A stretch of DNA of 62,165 nucleotides, the filler included, from Babesia bigemina (Eukaryota), in assembly GCF_000981445.1 (NCBI RefSeq). It is 5 parts of 5 records of this genome, joined end to end, with 100 filler letters (N's around TTAATTAATTAA, not from the genome) between each part and the next. Parts side by side here need not be neighbours in the genome. Positions count along the whole stretch, not along the records: positions 39,845 to 51,958 come from NW_012237244.1; positions 52,059 to 62,165 come from NW_012237246.1; 3 more parts are not named here. The stretch is one strand, 5' to 3'. Below are positions 42,487-52,248 of this stretch, piece after piece. The notes beneath the pieces were generated by a model that saw only the letters and a list, made by a program, of their open reading frames with translations, was not told the origin of the DNA and searched no databases. The position numbers and the translations under genes are program-made. Position 1 is the stretch's first letter; each line of letters begins with the position of its first letter.

Positions 42487-45400
42487 GTGTACTCTGACCT
42501 GGATAGGCTGTGTGACGGGGTGATGGGATTTTTGTATGGTGTGCTTATGGATGTCAGCGAGAAACAGCCTTACAGTGTGGGTAAAAGAGAGATAAATGAA
42601 GCTGTTGAAATGCTTAAAAAGAATTTATCCACCGGGCGTGAGGGTTTTAGTGTCATTGCGCAGGTGGCGGGGAAGGTGCGGGAGTATAATGAGAGAGTTA
42701 AGCAAAGTAACGATGATATGAAAACCATAATAAACAATATGGACAGAGACATGAAAACGCTTCAAAATGAGGTAGGTAACATTCTACGAAATAATCCTGA
42801 TTCAGAAAATTTTGATGAAGTCAAGCAGGCTGAAACCTTGGTCACTAAGCTGGCCGACGAGTATGCAAAAAAAGGTATGAATTTCGATAGTAATTTTGTC
42901 ATAAGAGAGATAAACGCATGGAGGACAGGTGCTAATGTTGAGCCAATACAGCAATTCAAAGACATAAATTCTGACCTGAGATTAAAAATCACCCATGCAA
43001 GAAACAATATCACGCATGAGGCTGAGAGGCTTACGACACTGTCAAAGAAGCAGAAAGAGAACTTGGCTGCGATGACTAGTATGATTAGTAATAAGCTCAA
43101 AACGCTTAAAAGCTGTGTCAATGAGCGAATTTTGCAAGATGTCAATGAGCTTGTTAGCAAGGTGAATGAGAAAGTTGCGGCAATTTTGCAATTGCTACAG
43201 AGGATCAGCGCGACGCTTTGGAATTATGTTAATGAATTGGGGAGGTGGATTAAGGATGCGGAAGGAATTGTGACTCAAGCAATTAAGGACACGAAAGAAA
43301 TCGAGCAAAAAGGACCGGGTTGGCAAAACCAGGATAAGATCAATGAGAAAGCAAAGGAGTTCAAGGACAAGGCTACGGATCTCTACTGGAAATTTGAGGG
43401 TGCGAAGCGGTCAGTTGAGGAGGGCGTAAAAAGCGCGAAAATTGAGAATGTTGAGCAGTTGACTACGTGGAAGAAGGCAGGCGACGCGGCCGTTACGAAG
43501 GCGAAGAGACAAGGTGCGGCAATTGGTGAGATGGTTCAGACTAAAGGTGCAGGTAAGGAGGATATTTATAAGTTAGCTAACGATATGAAAACAAAGGCTG
43601 AGAATCTCAGAGCGGCGGCGAAGCATATTAAGAAAGAGATTGGAGGATGGGTTAAAACAGCGCTTACGCAGGTGAAGGATATGGATGAGGCGCTGAAGAA
43701 GGATTTGTATAAGGTGAAGGAGGCTGTTAGTAGGCAGGTAGAAGGGATTAAGACGGCGATTGGGAAGTTGTATAAAGTGGTTGAGACTGGAGACACGGAA
43801 GGGGCAACGCACAACTCAATGGTCGAGATGGTCGACCTTATAAAAAATAAGATAAAGACCATTGAAGGGGTAGGCGGAAGGTTCGTAACTAAACCAACCG
43901 GGCTGTGGGCAATCAGTCAGCAGGTTCCGACCTACGTTAAGACGTTTGAGAACTTTGATGCGACGGTCGCTGATTGGGTGAGGGAGATTGTGAGAAGGAT
44001 GGTAGCAAATAATGGTCCCCTGCATGAGCATATTGACATGTATGCTTCCGAAATAGAAACTCTGCAAAATAACCGTGAACAACTGCTTCCTAAGGTGAAG
44101 GAACAAATCATTACCAAGGTCATAGCCAAGGTAAAAGAAATTGCGTTAGCTCACAAAGCGGATCTTGCCACCAATGGAAATGTGGAAACCGATTTAAAAT
44201 TGATTAAAAGATTCCTTGATCACTTTAATGGGCAAAGTCTACAGAATGGTGTTGACCATATAGTCAGTGCTATAGAGAAGGCAGGTGAATTACAAGTGGA
44301 TCCCTCCAAACAAAATGTTATACACAACTCAGATCTGAAGAATGCCGTAAATATAGTTTTGCATGTTTTTTCAATGGCTGCTGAAAAAATGGGTGAGCAA
44401 ATTCAGAAGCTTGCTACTGACTGCCATCTCGGCAAAATCAACGAGGCATTGACCACGGCTAGCGATTTTGAAGAGAAATTGAAACAAGCTACAGGAAACC
44501 AATCCGTTGGAACATCCAGCAGTAGGATTAACTTTGCCCTCGCCGTCGACAACGCGATCAGGGAGGTGACGGAAGAGCTTGGGAGAAAATTGATTACCGC
44601 CGCTGGTGATACAGTCACGCTGGAAACAACGACTGCCTTCTCCAAATACGATGGCTTTGTCGACCAAGACAAAGTGTCCTCCCTTTCCAACTCTGACTTC
44701 GAAGCCATCAAAAGCGCAGGCTCCCTCCCCGCGGCGATCGGTGCGATAAAGACGCAGGTGACGAGTAAGCTTAACGAAGGTAAACTAGCATCAGAAATAG
44801 ATGCCTCTGACACTTTCACCGATCCCTTCGGTAAAATCACCGAAAAACTCAAAACCATCGCCGGGCTGGTTGACAGCGACAAAAGTAATCTGCGTCCAGC
44901 ACCGGGAGATGGCCAGAAGAACGGCGTGAACAACTACCTGAATGATATTACAAGTATGCTTGGCAAAACTCCCGTCGACCTCAAGTCAGATATAAAAGGG
45001 AGCCACCCAAATGTCAAAGGCCTCGAGACGATAAAGAGTGAAATCGACTCCGCGCTCGACGGGATTAAAAATAAAGCTGACGCAGAATTTGATGCCGCAA
45101 AAGCAACTACAGACAGCGGAAACATATTCACAACTTTGTCCACCGCGATCACTACGAATCTCAAAGACCTTTTGGCAGCTTTCGAGGAGGCAGGCAAACA
45201 AGTGAACAAACATTTGCAAAAATTAAAAACCAACATCGGCAAGAAGGAACATGGCGCTGATGCTGCAGTTGGTACGCTGCAGAAAATCCACGACAATCTT
45301 GTTACCTTGTTGAACGGTGACATTAGCCAAGTCATCAATGACGCCACTGCCTTCAAAAAACAAGCCAATCAATTGCGTGATAAAACAATCGGAGCACTCA

Positions 45401-48222
45401 ACGGACACGTCGAAGATGAAGTTAAAAAAGCCGAAACCGCCCTCATCACCCAGGCCAACAAAAACTACGTCACGTCCGTCAAAGAGATGCTGACTGCCTT
45501 CGCCGACAAGGTGCAGAAGGAACTGAAGCCCCTCCCCGGCGAGATCGACACCGACAGGCAGCACGGCTTTAAGGGTTTCATGCGGACGTTGCAGGGGACG
45601 TTCAACGGTGATGAGACTTTGACTGACAATATTGACAAACTCAAGGGTCTCGTAAGTGAACTGTCAGGGACTGTGAATCACAAGGAGGCGTTCGCAAAAT
45701 TGTCGCAAAAATTAAAGGAGTTCTGCTCACCACTTCACGACTACCTCAAAGAAGAGATCAGAAGGGTTCACGCAGCGAATCAAGAGAAAACAAATCCCAA
45801 GCCATCTGGCGACGAACAGCTCTACACCTCCAAACTCGAAGCTGCACATATCGCGCTCAACAATCTACTCGATCACATTAGTAATCACCGCTACAACCAC
45901 GAAGTGCCCGCCTTGCTTGACATCCTCTCCACTAAAGTCGATGGTCTGCACCCCAAGACATTCAATGAACCGAGCACTCCGCTGCTTGACGGCGTTGGCA
46001 AGGGTGTTCACGGGTTCGTTAGTGAACTGGACAAGGCGTACATCTCGACCTACGACAGTGAGACCTTTGGCGGTGAGATGTTCGAGAAAGATAAATTAAC
46101 AGCCTATGGCACAAAATTCGCCAAAATATGCTTCACCGTGGTATGCACCCTCAACTCCACGTTGACCGACTTGACGCACAATTGCAAGAGTCTACGTGGA
46201 CAGCAAATTAATAAGTCCACCGACGTGGGAAGATCATTCGTCGGCCACGGCTACGCGGTCTCCGATGCGGCGCTGCAGAACGGCGAGTTGCAAAACAAAC
46301 CGACAGTGGCGGGAGAGAACGTTGCTAAGCGGTTGCTGCTACCAATTCGCGGCGCCGACGAGAACCAACACCTTAAATGGTGTGAATCGAACGAGCAGAG
46401 AAAAGCCGACCACTTCCACGTCTTCGACGCCATTGACTGCATATTCAGCCACTTCGAGCAGTACAACGAACTCTGCCACCTGCTCACGGCCTCAGCGAAG
46501 CAGCACCCCTGCTCCGTGTACGACATATTGATCTGGCTCAGCGGTTTCCCGTACACTGCAGTATATGCTACGATGAGTGATATAACCATCAGTGATCTAT
46601 TTGACAACCCGCATAAGAAGGCGGCCGGCGACGACGAACTTGAGCTCACATCGACTGACATGGCAGCCCAATCCATAACGGCGCACCCCCGAAACATATC
46701 GTATACTTACGTACGTAAAGCCGTGGACCATATCTGTGCGACGTCCTATGACGTATTGACTGCCGTTGTCGGCACTGGCGACTCCAGGACCGTTTACGCC
46801 TCCGACTTCTGCAACAACTCATTCAACTTCCATTACCCATCGGATCCGTCGGACTGCCTGGACATGCTGCTGGACCTACTGCGCCGATTGTTGCCCGTGT
46901 TCCGGTTCTTGGAACTGCAGTGTAACATCAAGCCTGAACACCACGGTTGGTCACAGTGCCGCTACGGGAGGGACATCCCTACAACCAAATCGCAGTGTAA
47001 CGAGCACTCAAGCGAAGAAGCAAGCGGACAAGCAAAGTGCCAAGTAAACTGCCAGCCAACGTCCCCCCTTATGTTATACCTCAGTGACAGCCTCCCTGGC
47101 CATCTGCCGCACCAACTGCAGTCAGTGGGATGCAGAGCGAAATGCAGCACCTGCCCTAAGAACCAACCAGGGCAACTGTGCTTGATTCCTCTCGGATTCA
47201 AGGGCTTCTCGGGAAGCTCCAAAACGGGCAGACAGTTGTGCGAAGCAATCAAGATCTTCATCGGTACAGGCTTAATATCCTCACTGATGTGCCTCCTGCC
47301 GAAGCCACCATCCACGCTGCCCGAGCACTTCCAGTTTGTATTCACGTTGGTTGGTGCGTTTAATGCTAACAGAGATGTCAACTCAAATGCCGTCAATGCT
47401 GCGTTTGTGAAGGCAATAAGGAAGCAGTCCATCGACTTGTATGCGGAGCCATCAGAACTCACAGGCGCGCTTCAGAAGGCTTATAACAGCAACGAGCAGC
47501 ACGACGGTACGGAGCATCCCAAAGCTTCAGATGCCGATTTGTCAACATTGTCTAAAGCAAAGACATGTAATTATCCGAACAAGGATGTTCACTGCGCTCC
47601 GTACCTGTCCACGTTGTACAGTGATGCATACCACTACGCTGCCGAGAAGCACGCCGGTCTCTACCTGTCATGGGCAGTGTACTTACCGTGGTCGTTTTGG
47701 CAGTGTCTTGAATCTTTGTTCAAAGCGTTTACCAACATATCCTGTCAGGATTGGGGATGTAGTCGCTGCACGCACGGCACGGCTTGTAAACGGGGTAAGC
47801 ATGGCGCTGCCTATAATTGCCAGTGCAAAGGCCTCGTTGAATGCCGCGGTGTCATAAGCACGTTATATAGTTTCGGATTCACGTTTGGCAATCCAGCGAC
47901 GCTTTCAGCTGCAGAGGGAAAAAGGTATTGCCACAATTTCTACAGACAACTCCACAATGTATTAAATTCCAACTACTTCAGAACGCTGTTCGAAAAATGC
48001 GACGAATTCATTTTCACCATCAGACAGCCGTTCATATGGATGACCGTGGCGCTCTGGTCACTATCTCTCTTCTACCTCCTTTGCGTAATGGTTGGCAGAC
48101 TGGATGTGCTCCACATACGCTCACACCTGAGGATACCGTCATCACACAAGATAACGGCGCAATCATTGTTGGCTGCAGCGCAAGTCGGAAGGCTTGCCAA
48201 GATATCGTATCTACAACCGTAA
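42487..48222 (+). CDS. ves1: VESA1-like protein (gene 7; GTGD subtype); first ATG at 42523; in-frame TAA in leader at 42367-42369
   Basis: 1911-aa ORF with conserved motifs, TM and ...AKISYLQP tail. Confidence 0.85.
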   Translation: MYSDLDRLCDGVMGFLYGVLMDVSEKQPYSVGKREINEAVEMLKKNLSTGREGFSVIAQVAGKVREYNERVKQSNDDMKTIINNMDRDMKTLQNEVGNILRNNPDSENFDEVKQAETLVTKLADEYAKKGMNFDSNFVIREINAWRTGANVEPIQQFKDINSDLRLKITHARNNITHEAERLTTLSKKQKENLAAMTSMISNKLKTLKSCVNERILQDVNELVSKVNEKVAAILQLLQRISATLWNYVNELGRWIKDAEGIVTQAIKDTKEIEQKGPGWQNQDKINEKAKEFKDKATDLYWKFEGAKRSVEEGVKSAKIENVEQLTTWKKAGDAAVTKAKRQGAAIGEMVQTKGAGKEDIYKLANDMKTKAENLRAAAKHIKKEIGGWVKTALTQVKDMDEALKKDLYKVKEAVSRQVEGIKTAIGKLYKVVETGDTEGATHNSMVEMVDLIKNKIKTIEGVGGRFVTKPTGLWAISQQVPTYVKTFENFDATVADWVREIVRRMVANNGPLHEHIDMYASEIETLQNNREQLLPKVKEQIITKVIAKVKEIALAHKADLATNGNVETDLKLIKRFLDHFNGQSLQNGVDHIVSAIEKAGELQVDPSKQNVIHNSDLKNAVNIVLHVFSMAAEKMGEQIQKLATDCHLGKINEALTTASDFEEKLKQATGNQSVGTSSSRINFALAVDNAIREVTEELGRKLITAAGDTVTLETTTAFSKYDGFVDQDKVSSLSNSDFEAIKSAGSLPAAIGAIKTQVTSKLNEGKLASEIDASDTFTDPFGKITEKLKTIAGLVDSDKSNLRPAPGDGQKNGVNNYLNDITSMLGKTPVDLKSDIKGSHPNVKGLETIKSEIDSALDGIKNKADAEFDAAKATTDSGNIFTTLSTAITTNLKDLLAAFEEAGKQVNKHLQKLKTNIGKKEHGADAAVGTLQKIHDNLVTLLNGDISQVINDATAFKKQANQLRDKTIGALNGHVEDEVKKAETALITQANKNYVTSVKEMLTAFADKVQKELKPLPGEIDTDRQHGFKGFMRTLQGTFNGDETLTDNIDKLKGLVSELSGTVNHKEAFAKLSQKLKEFCSPLHDYLKEEIRRVHAANQEKTNPKPSGDEQLYTSKLEAAHIALNNLLDHISNHRYNHEVPALLDILSTKVDGLHPKTFNEPSTPLLDGVGKGVHGFVSELDKAYISTYDSETFGGEMFEKDKLTAYGTKFAKICFTVVCTLNSTLTDLTHNCKSLRGQQINKSTDVGRSFVGHGYAVSDAALQNGELQNKPTVAGENVAKRLLLPIRGADENQHLKWCESNEQRKADHFHVFDAIDCIFSHFEQYNELCHLLTASAKQHPCSVYDILIWLSGFPYTAVYATMSDITISDLFDNPHKKAAGDDELELTSTDMAAQSITAHPRNISYTYVRKAVDHICATSYDVLTAVVGTGDSRTVYASDFCNNSFNFHYPSDPSDCLDMLLDLLRRLLPVFRFLELQCNIKPEHHGWSQCRYGRDIPTTKSQCNEHSSEEASGQAKCQVNCQPTSPLMLYLSDSLPGHLPHQLQSVGCRAKCSTCPKNQPGQLCLIPLGFKGFSGSSKTGRQLCEAIKIFIGTGLISSLMCLLPKPPSTLPEHFQFVFTLVGAFNANRDVNSNAVNAAFVKAIRKQSIDLYAEPSELTGALQKAYNSNEQHDGTEHPKASDADLSTLSKAKTCNYPNKDVHCAPYLSTLYSDAYHYAAEKHAGLYLSWAVYLPWSFWQCLESLFKAFTNISCQDWGCSRCTHGTACKRGKHGAAYNCQCKGLVECRGVISTLYSFGFTFGNPATLSAAEGKRYCHNFYRQLHNVLNSNYFRTLFEKCDEFIFTIRQPFIWMTVALWSLSLFYLLCVMVGRLDVLHIRSHLRIPSSHKITAQSLLAAAQVGRLAKISYLQP

Positions 48223-48369
48223 TCATCGTCACATTTGTAACTCACGTAAACTCACCTAACATCACCTACTCACCTAACAAACAAACGTAGTCTAATGTCT
48301 CGAATTACTCTAGCGGCGACCTGTGAACTAGATAGCGTTGAGATTAAGTGATGACTGAACGACAAAGCT

Positions 48370-49100
48370 GAGTGCTAAGCAAGCAACCAGGCAAAGTGCT
48401 AAGCTGGCACACAGGCAAAGCGCTAAGCTGGCAACCAGGCAAAGTGCTAAGCAAGCAACCAGGCAAAGTGCTAAGCAAGCAACCAGGCAAAGTGCTAAGC
48501 TGGCAACCAGGCAAAGTGCTGAGCTAGCACCCAGGCAAAGTGTTAACCTAGCACCCAGGCAAAGTGCTAAGCTAGCACACAGGCTAAGTGCTAACCTAGC
48601 ACACAGGCAAAGTGCTAAGCTAGCAACCAGGCGAAGCGCTAAGGTGGCACCCAGGCAATGTTCTAAGCTAGCAACCAGGCAAAGTGCTAAGCTAGCAACC
48701 AGGCAAAGTGCTAAGCAAGCACGCAGGCAAAGTGCTAGGCTGGCAACCAGGCAAAGTGGTAACCTAGCAACCAGGCAAAGTGGTAAGCTAGCAACCAGGC
48801 AAAGTGGTAACATAGCAACCAGGCTAAGTGCTAACCTAGCAACCAGGCAAAGTGGTAAGCTGGCAACCAGGCAAAGTGTGAACCTAGCAACCAGGCAAAG
48901 TGCTAAGCTAGCAACCAGGCAAAGTGCTAAGCTGGCAACCAGGCAAAGTGCTAAGCTAACACGCAGGCAAGGTGTTGACCTAGCAACCAGGCTAAGTGTT
49001 AACCTAGCACCCAGGCTAAGTGATAAGCTGGCAGTCAGGCAAAGTAATAAGCAAGCACTCAGGCAAAGTGCTAACCTAGCAACCAGGCAACGTGGTGAGC
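48370..49100. repeat. Repeat D array (24-bp)
   Basis: Tandem units. Confidence 0.93.
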
Positions 49101-49600
49101 TGGCGGATGAACCGTAATTTGGTGGGTTGGTTGTTGCGTTGAGTTAAGCGTTGACTGTGAGAGGTGTTTGCGTTGCGCATTGAGTCAGTGTAACGTGAGG
49201 CTGGGTGATTGGTCGCTAACGTAGGCGGTCGTGAAGGCCGCGGCGAGTGACCTAAGTCGTGTGTTGCGAGTCACTGGCAGCGTGGCGTAATCCGCGTTGG
49301 GCTGGTTAAGTAGCTTTATAGGCAGCGATCTAGCGATTGTCAATATCACATTTAGGCGCGTAGCCGACACGCTCCGCCAGCATGGCGCCGATACCGCGGC
49401 TCGTAGCACGGTGCTGCTGCACTGTGGGAGTTGAGCTCACGGGGTTCGCTGCAATTTCAATGACGTTGCGAATAGTGAATAATTTAGAGTGACGGTTGAT
49501 GCTGATGACATGCGTCGCGTCAGGTGTGGCCGTGGTATCCTGGGCAGCGTGGGTGTCAGTGGCCTGGGCTGGGGGGATACAGCGGTGAGGGTAGGTGTTG
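49100..49600. other. Conserved unique non-coding block, copy 2
   Basis: Homologous to 20300-20810 in reverse orientation. Confidence 0.6.
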
Positions 49601-50454
49601 ATGAGGGGAGTGGGAGCGGCAGTGGTAGTGTTGTGTTGGTGAGTGCGTTGCTAGGTGATTGATGTTAGCAGGTTGAGGGGAGTGGTAGCGGCAGTGGTAC
49701 GCGTTGCAGTTGGTGAGTGCGTTGCTTAGGTGATTGATATGTTCGCAGGTTGAGGGGACTGGGAGTGGCAGTGGTACGTGTTGCAGTTGGTGAGTGCTGC
49801 TTGAGTGATTGATATGTCTGCAGGCTGAGGGGACTGGGAGCGGCAGTGGTACGTGTCGTAGTTGGTGAGTGCGTTGCTTAGTGATTGATATGTTCGCAGG
49901 TTGAGGGGACTGGGAGTGGCAGTGGTACGTGTTGCAGTTGGTGAGTGCTGCTTGAGTGATTGATATGTTCGCAGGTTGAGGGGAGTGGAAGGGGCAGTGG
50001 TACGTGTTAGTTGGTGAGTGCGTTGCTAGGTGATTGATACGTTTGCAGGTTGATGCGACTGGGCGCGGCAGTGTACGTGTTGCAGTTGGTGAGTGCTTTG
50101 CTAGGTGATTGATATGTTTGCAGGTTGAGGGGACTGGGAGCGGCAGTGGTACGTGTTGCAGTTGGTGAGTGTTTGCTTAGGTAATTGATATGTTTGCAGG
50201 CTGAGGGGACTGGGAGCGGCAGTGGTAGTGTTGCAGTTGGTGAGTGCGTTGCTTAAGTGATTGATATGTTTGCAGGTTGAGGGGAGTGGGAGCGGCAGTG
50301 GTACGTGTCGTAGTTGGTGAGTGCTGCTTAGGTGATTGACATGTTCGCAGGTTGAGGGGACTGGGAGGGGCAGTGGTACGTGTTGCAGTCGGTGAGTGCG
50401 TTGCTTAGGTGATTGATGTCTGCAGGTTGAGGGGACTGGGAGGGGAAGGGGAAG
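49600..50454. repeat. Repeat E array (about 76-bp unit, about 11 copies)
   Basis: Unit GTGAGTGCGTTGCTTAGGTGATTGATATGTTCGCAG-GTTGAGGGGACTGGGAGCGGCAGTGGTACGTGTTGCAGTTG. Confidence 0.92.
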
Positions 50455-50862
50455 ATGGGTAGAGGACGATGCTTGAATTGCAATAATAATTGTAATCCGC
50501 CAGCTGTATGTATTTGCTGCCCATGGTGTTGTGACAAATGTAATGGTATCAGCTGTGATCAATGTTCGGAGGCAAACAGACCCCTCAGACTACGGAAAGT
50601 ATGCAACGCTTCTCAATGTGAACTTAATAAGGGCACGTGTACAAAAATTGGCAGTTGTCAATGTAAGTGTTGTGAGCAGAAACGCTCTACTTCCGGTCAC
50701 TCCTCTACATTCAGCGCTCATTCTAAGACCGACACTCAACCGCATACATCACCCGCCCCTTACATCATCGTCCCCGTTGCCATCATCATCCTCGTCGTCT
50801 GCGTCATGGTCTACTTCCGCATCCGGCCGTTCCACAGGGTGCGGTATCTACTGCGCAGCTGA
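50455..50862 (+). CDS. Small cysteine-rich single-pass membrane protein (135 aa), copy 2
   Basis: 18 Cys align with 19407-19814; TM plus YFRIRPFHRVRYLLRS; same context ...GAGGGGAAG/AAGGGGAAG-ATG. Confidence 0.85.
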   Translation: MGRGRCLNCNNNCNPPAVCICCPWCCDKCNGISCDQCSEANRPLRLRKVCNASQCELNKGTCTKIGSCQCKCCEQKRSTSGHSSTFSAHSKTDTQPHTSPAPYIIVPVAIIILVVCVMVYFRIRPFHRVRYLLRS

Positions 50863-50967
50863 TCGCAATCACCTAACTGGCAACTGACATCTAATGTTCT
50901 AGGCAGTAATGGTTGCGTTGATAATCAATCACATGAGCAGGGAGGTGACTACTTCACTACCCCTCCC

Positions 50968-51111
50968 TACTCCGCCATCGCCGCCGTCATCGTTGCCATC
51001 ATCGTCGCCATCATCCTGCTCGACCTGTGCATCTTCCGCTTCCCGGTGGGCCGCAACATCCGCGATTTCCTCGTCCGCAAGATACCCTTCTGCATCGCGT
51101 TTTACAGCTAA
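50968..51111 (+). pseudogene. Headless TM/tail cassette (YSAIAAVIV...IPFCIAFYS*)
   Basis: Translated by hand; no in-frame ATG; frame open back to the TGA at 50860-50862. Confidence 0.65.
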
Positions 51112-51244
51112 TCTCAGCAATTTGTCAGCGCAAACATCGTCATCCATATTCCACTGATCACCTAACTGGCAACTGACATCTAATGTTCTAAACAGTAATG
51201 GTTGCGTTGATGACCAATCACATGAGCAGCGAGGTGACCTAGTA

Positions 51245-51555
51245 GCTGACCAATGTGCTGACCAATGCCACGACCAACGTGTTGACCAATGCCATGACCA
51301 GAGTGCTGACCTAGAACCTTACCAAAGTGCTGACCAAAGTGCTGACCAATGCCATGACATAAGTGGTGACCTACCACCTGACCAAAGTGCTGACCAAGAT
51401 GCTGCCCAAAGTGCTGACCAACGTGGTGACCAATGCCATGACCAACGTGGTGACCAAAGTGGTGACCGATGTGTTGACCAACGTGTTGACCAAGGTGCTG
51501 ACCTATGTGCTGACCAATGCCATGACCAACGTGGTGACCAAGCACCTGACCAAGT
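51245..51555. repeat. Repeat C array
   Basis: 12-bp units. Confidence 0.92.
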
Positions 51556-51559
51556 TGAT

Positions 51560-51705
51560 GGTCACAGCAGCGATGACATGGTCACGGCAGCGATGACATG
51601 GACACGGCAGCGATGACATGGACACGGCAGCGATGACATGGTTACGGCAGCGATGACATGGTTACGGCAGCGATGTCTTGGTCACGGCAGCGATGACATG
51701 GTCAC
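51560..51705. repeat. Repeat B array
   Basis: 20-bp units. Confidence 0.92.
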
Positions 51706-51721
51706 CAGAGTAGTGATTATA

Positions 51722-51958
51722 ATCCACTCTACATCGCTCCTTTACCCACTCTACATCGCCCCTTAACCCACTCCACATCGCCCCTTTATCCACTCCACAT
51801 CGCCCCTTAACCCACTCTACATCGCCCCTTAATCCACTCTACATCGCCCCTTTGTCCACTCTACATAGCCCCTTTATCCACTCTACATCGCCCCTTAACC
51901 CACTCTACATCGCTCCCTTATCCACTCCACATCGCTCCCTAACCCACTCTACATCGCC
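51722..51958. repeat. Repeat A array running into a gap
   Basis: Tandem units. Confidence 0.93.
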
Positions 51959-52058
51959 NNNNNNNNNNNNNNNNNNNNNNNNNNNNNNNNNNNNNNNNNN
52001 NNTTAATTAATTAANNNNNNNNNNNNNNNNNNNNNNNNNNNNNNNNNNNNNNNNNNNN
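51959..52058. other. Artificial assembly gap
   Basis: N44-TTAATTAATTAA-N44. Confidence 0.98.
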
Positions 52059-52248
52059 TGACTTGATTCGCCTGGCCGTTTAGACTGCGGATTGCACAGA
52101 TTGGAACGAATCAAATGTAAATCCCGTTCAGAGTCTACCATTATTAGAGAGAGCGTCATGCAGATACTACGTTACTTGAGAGGCGTTCGCACGCTCGGAA
52201 TCTACATTCGCTTGACACTACTAAAAGGGGATTTGAGGAGAAATTACT

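Noticed and set aside
50860..51111. TGA readthrough or selenocysteine fusing the Cys-rich protein in frame to the downstream TM tail
   Set aside because: The frame is open in this copy, but the paralog has TGA TCA CAA TAA (19398-19409) and another in-frame TGA before its tail, so it is not conserved
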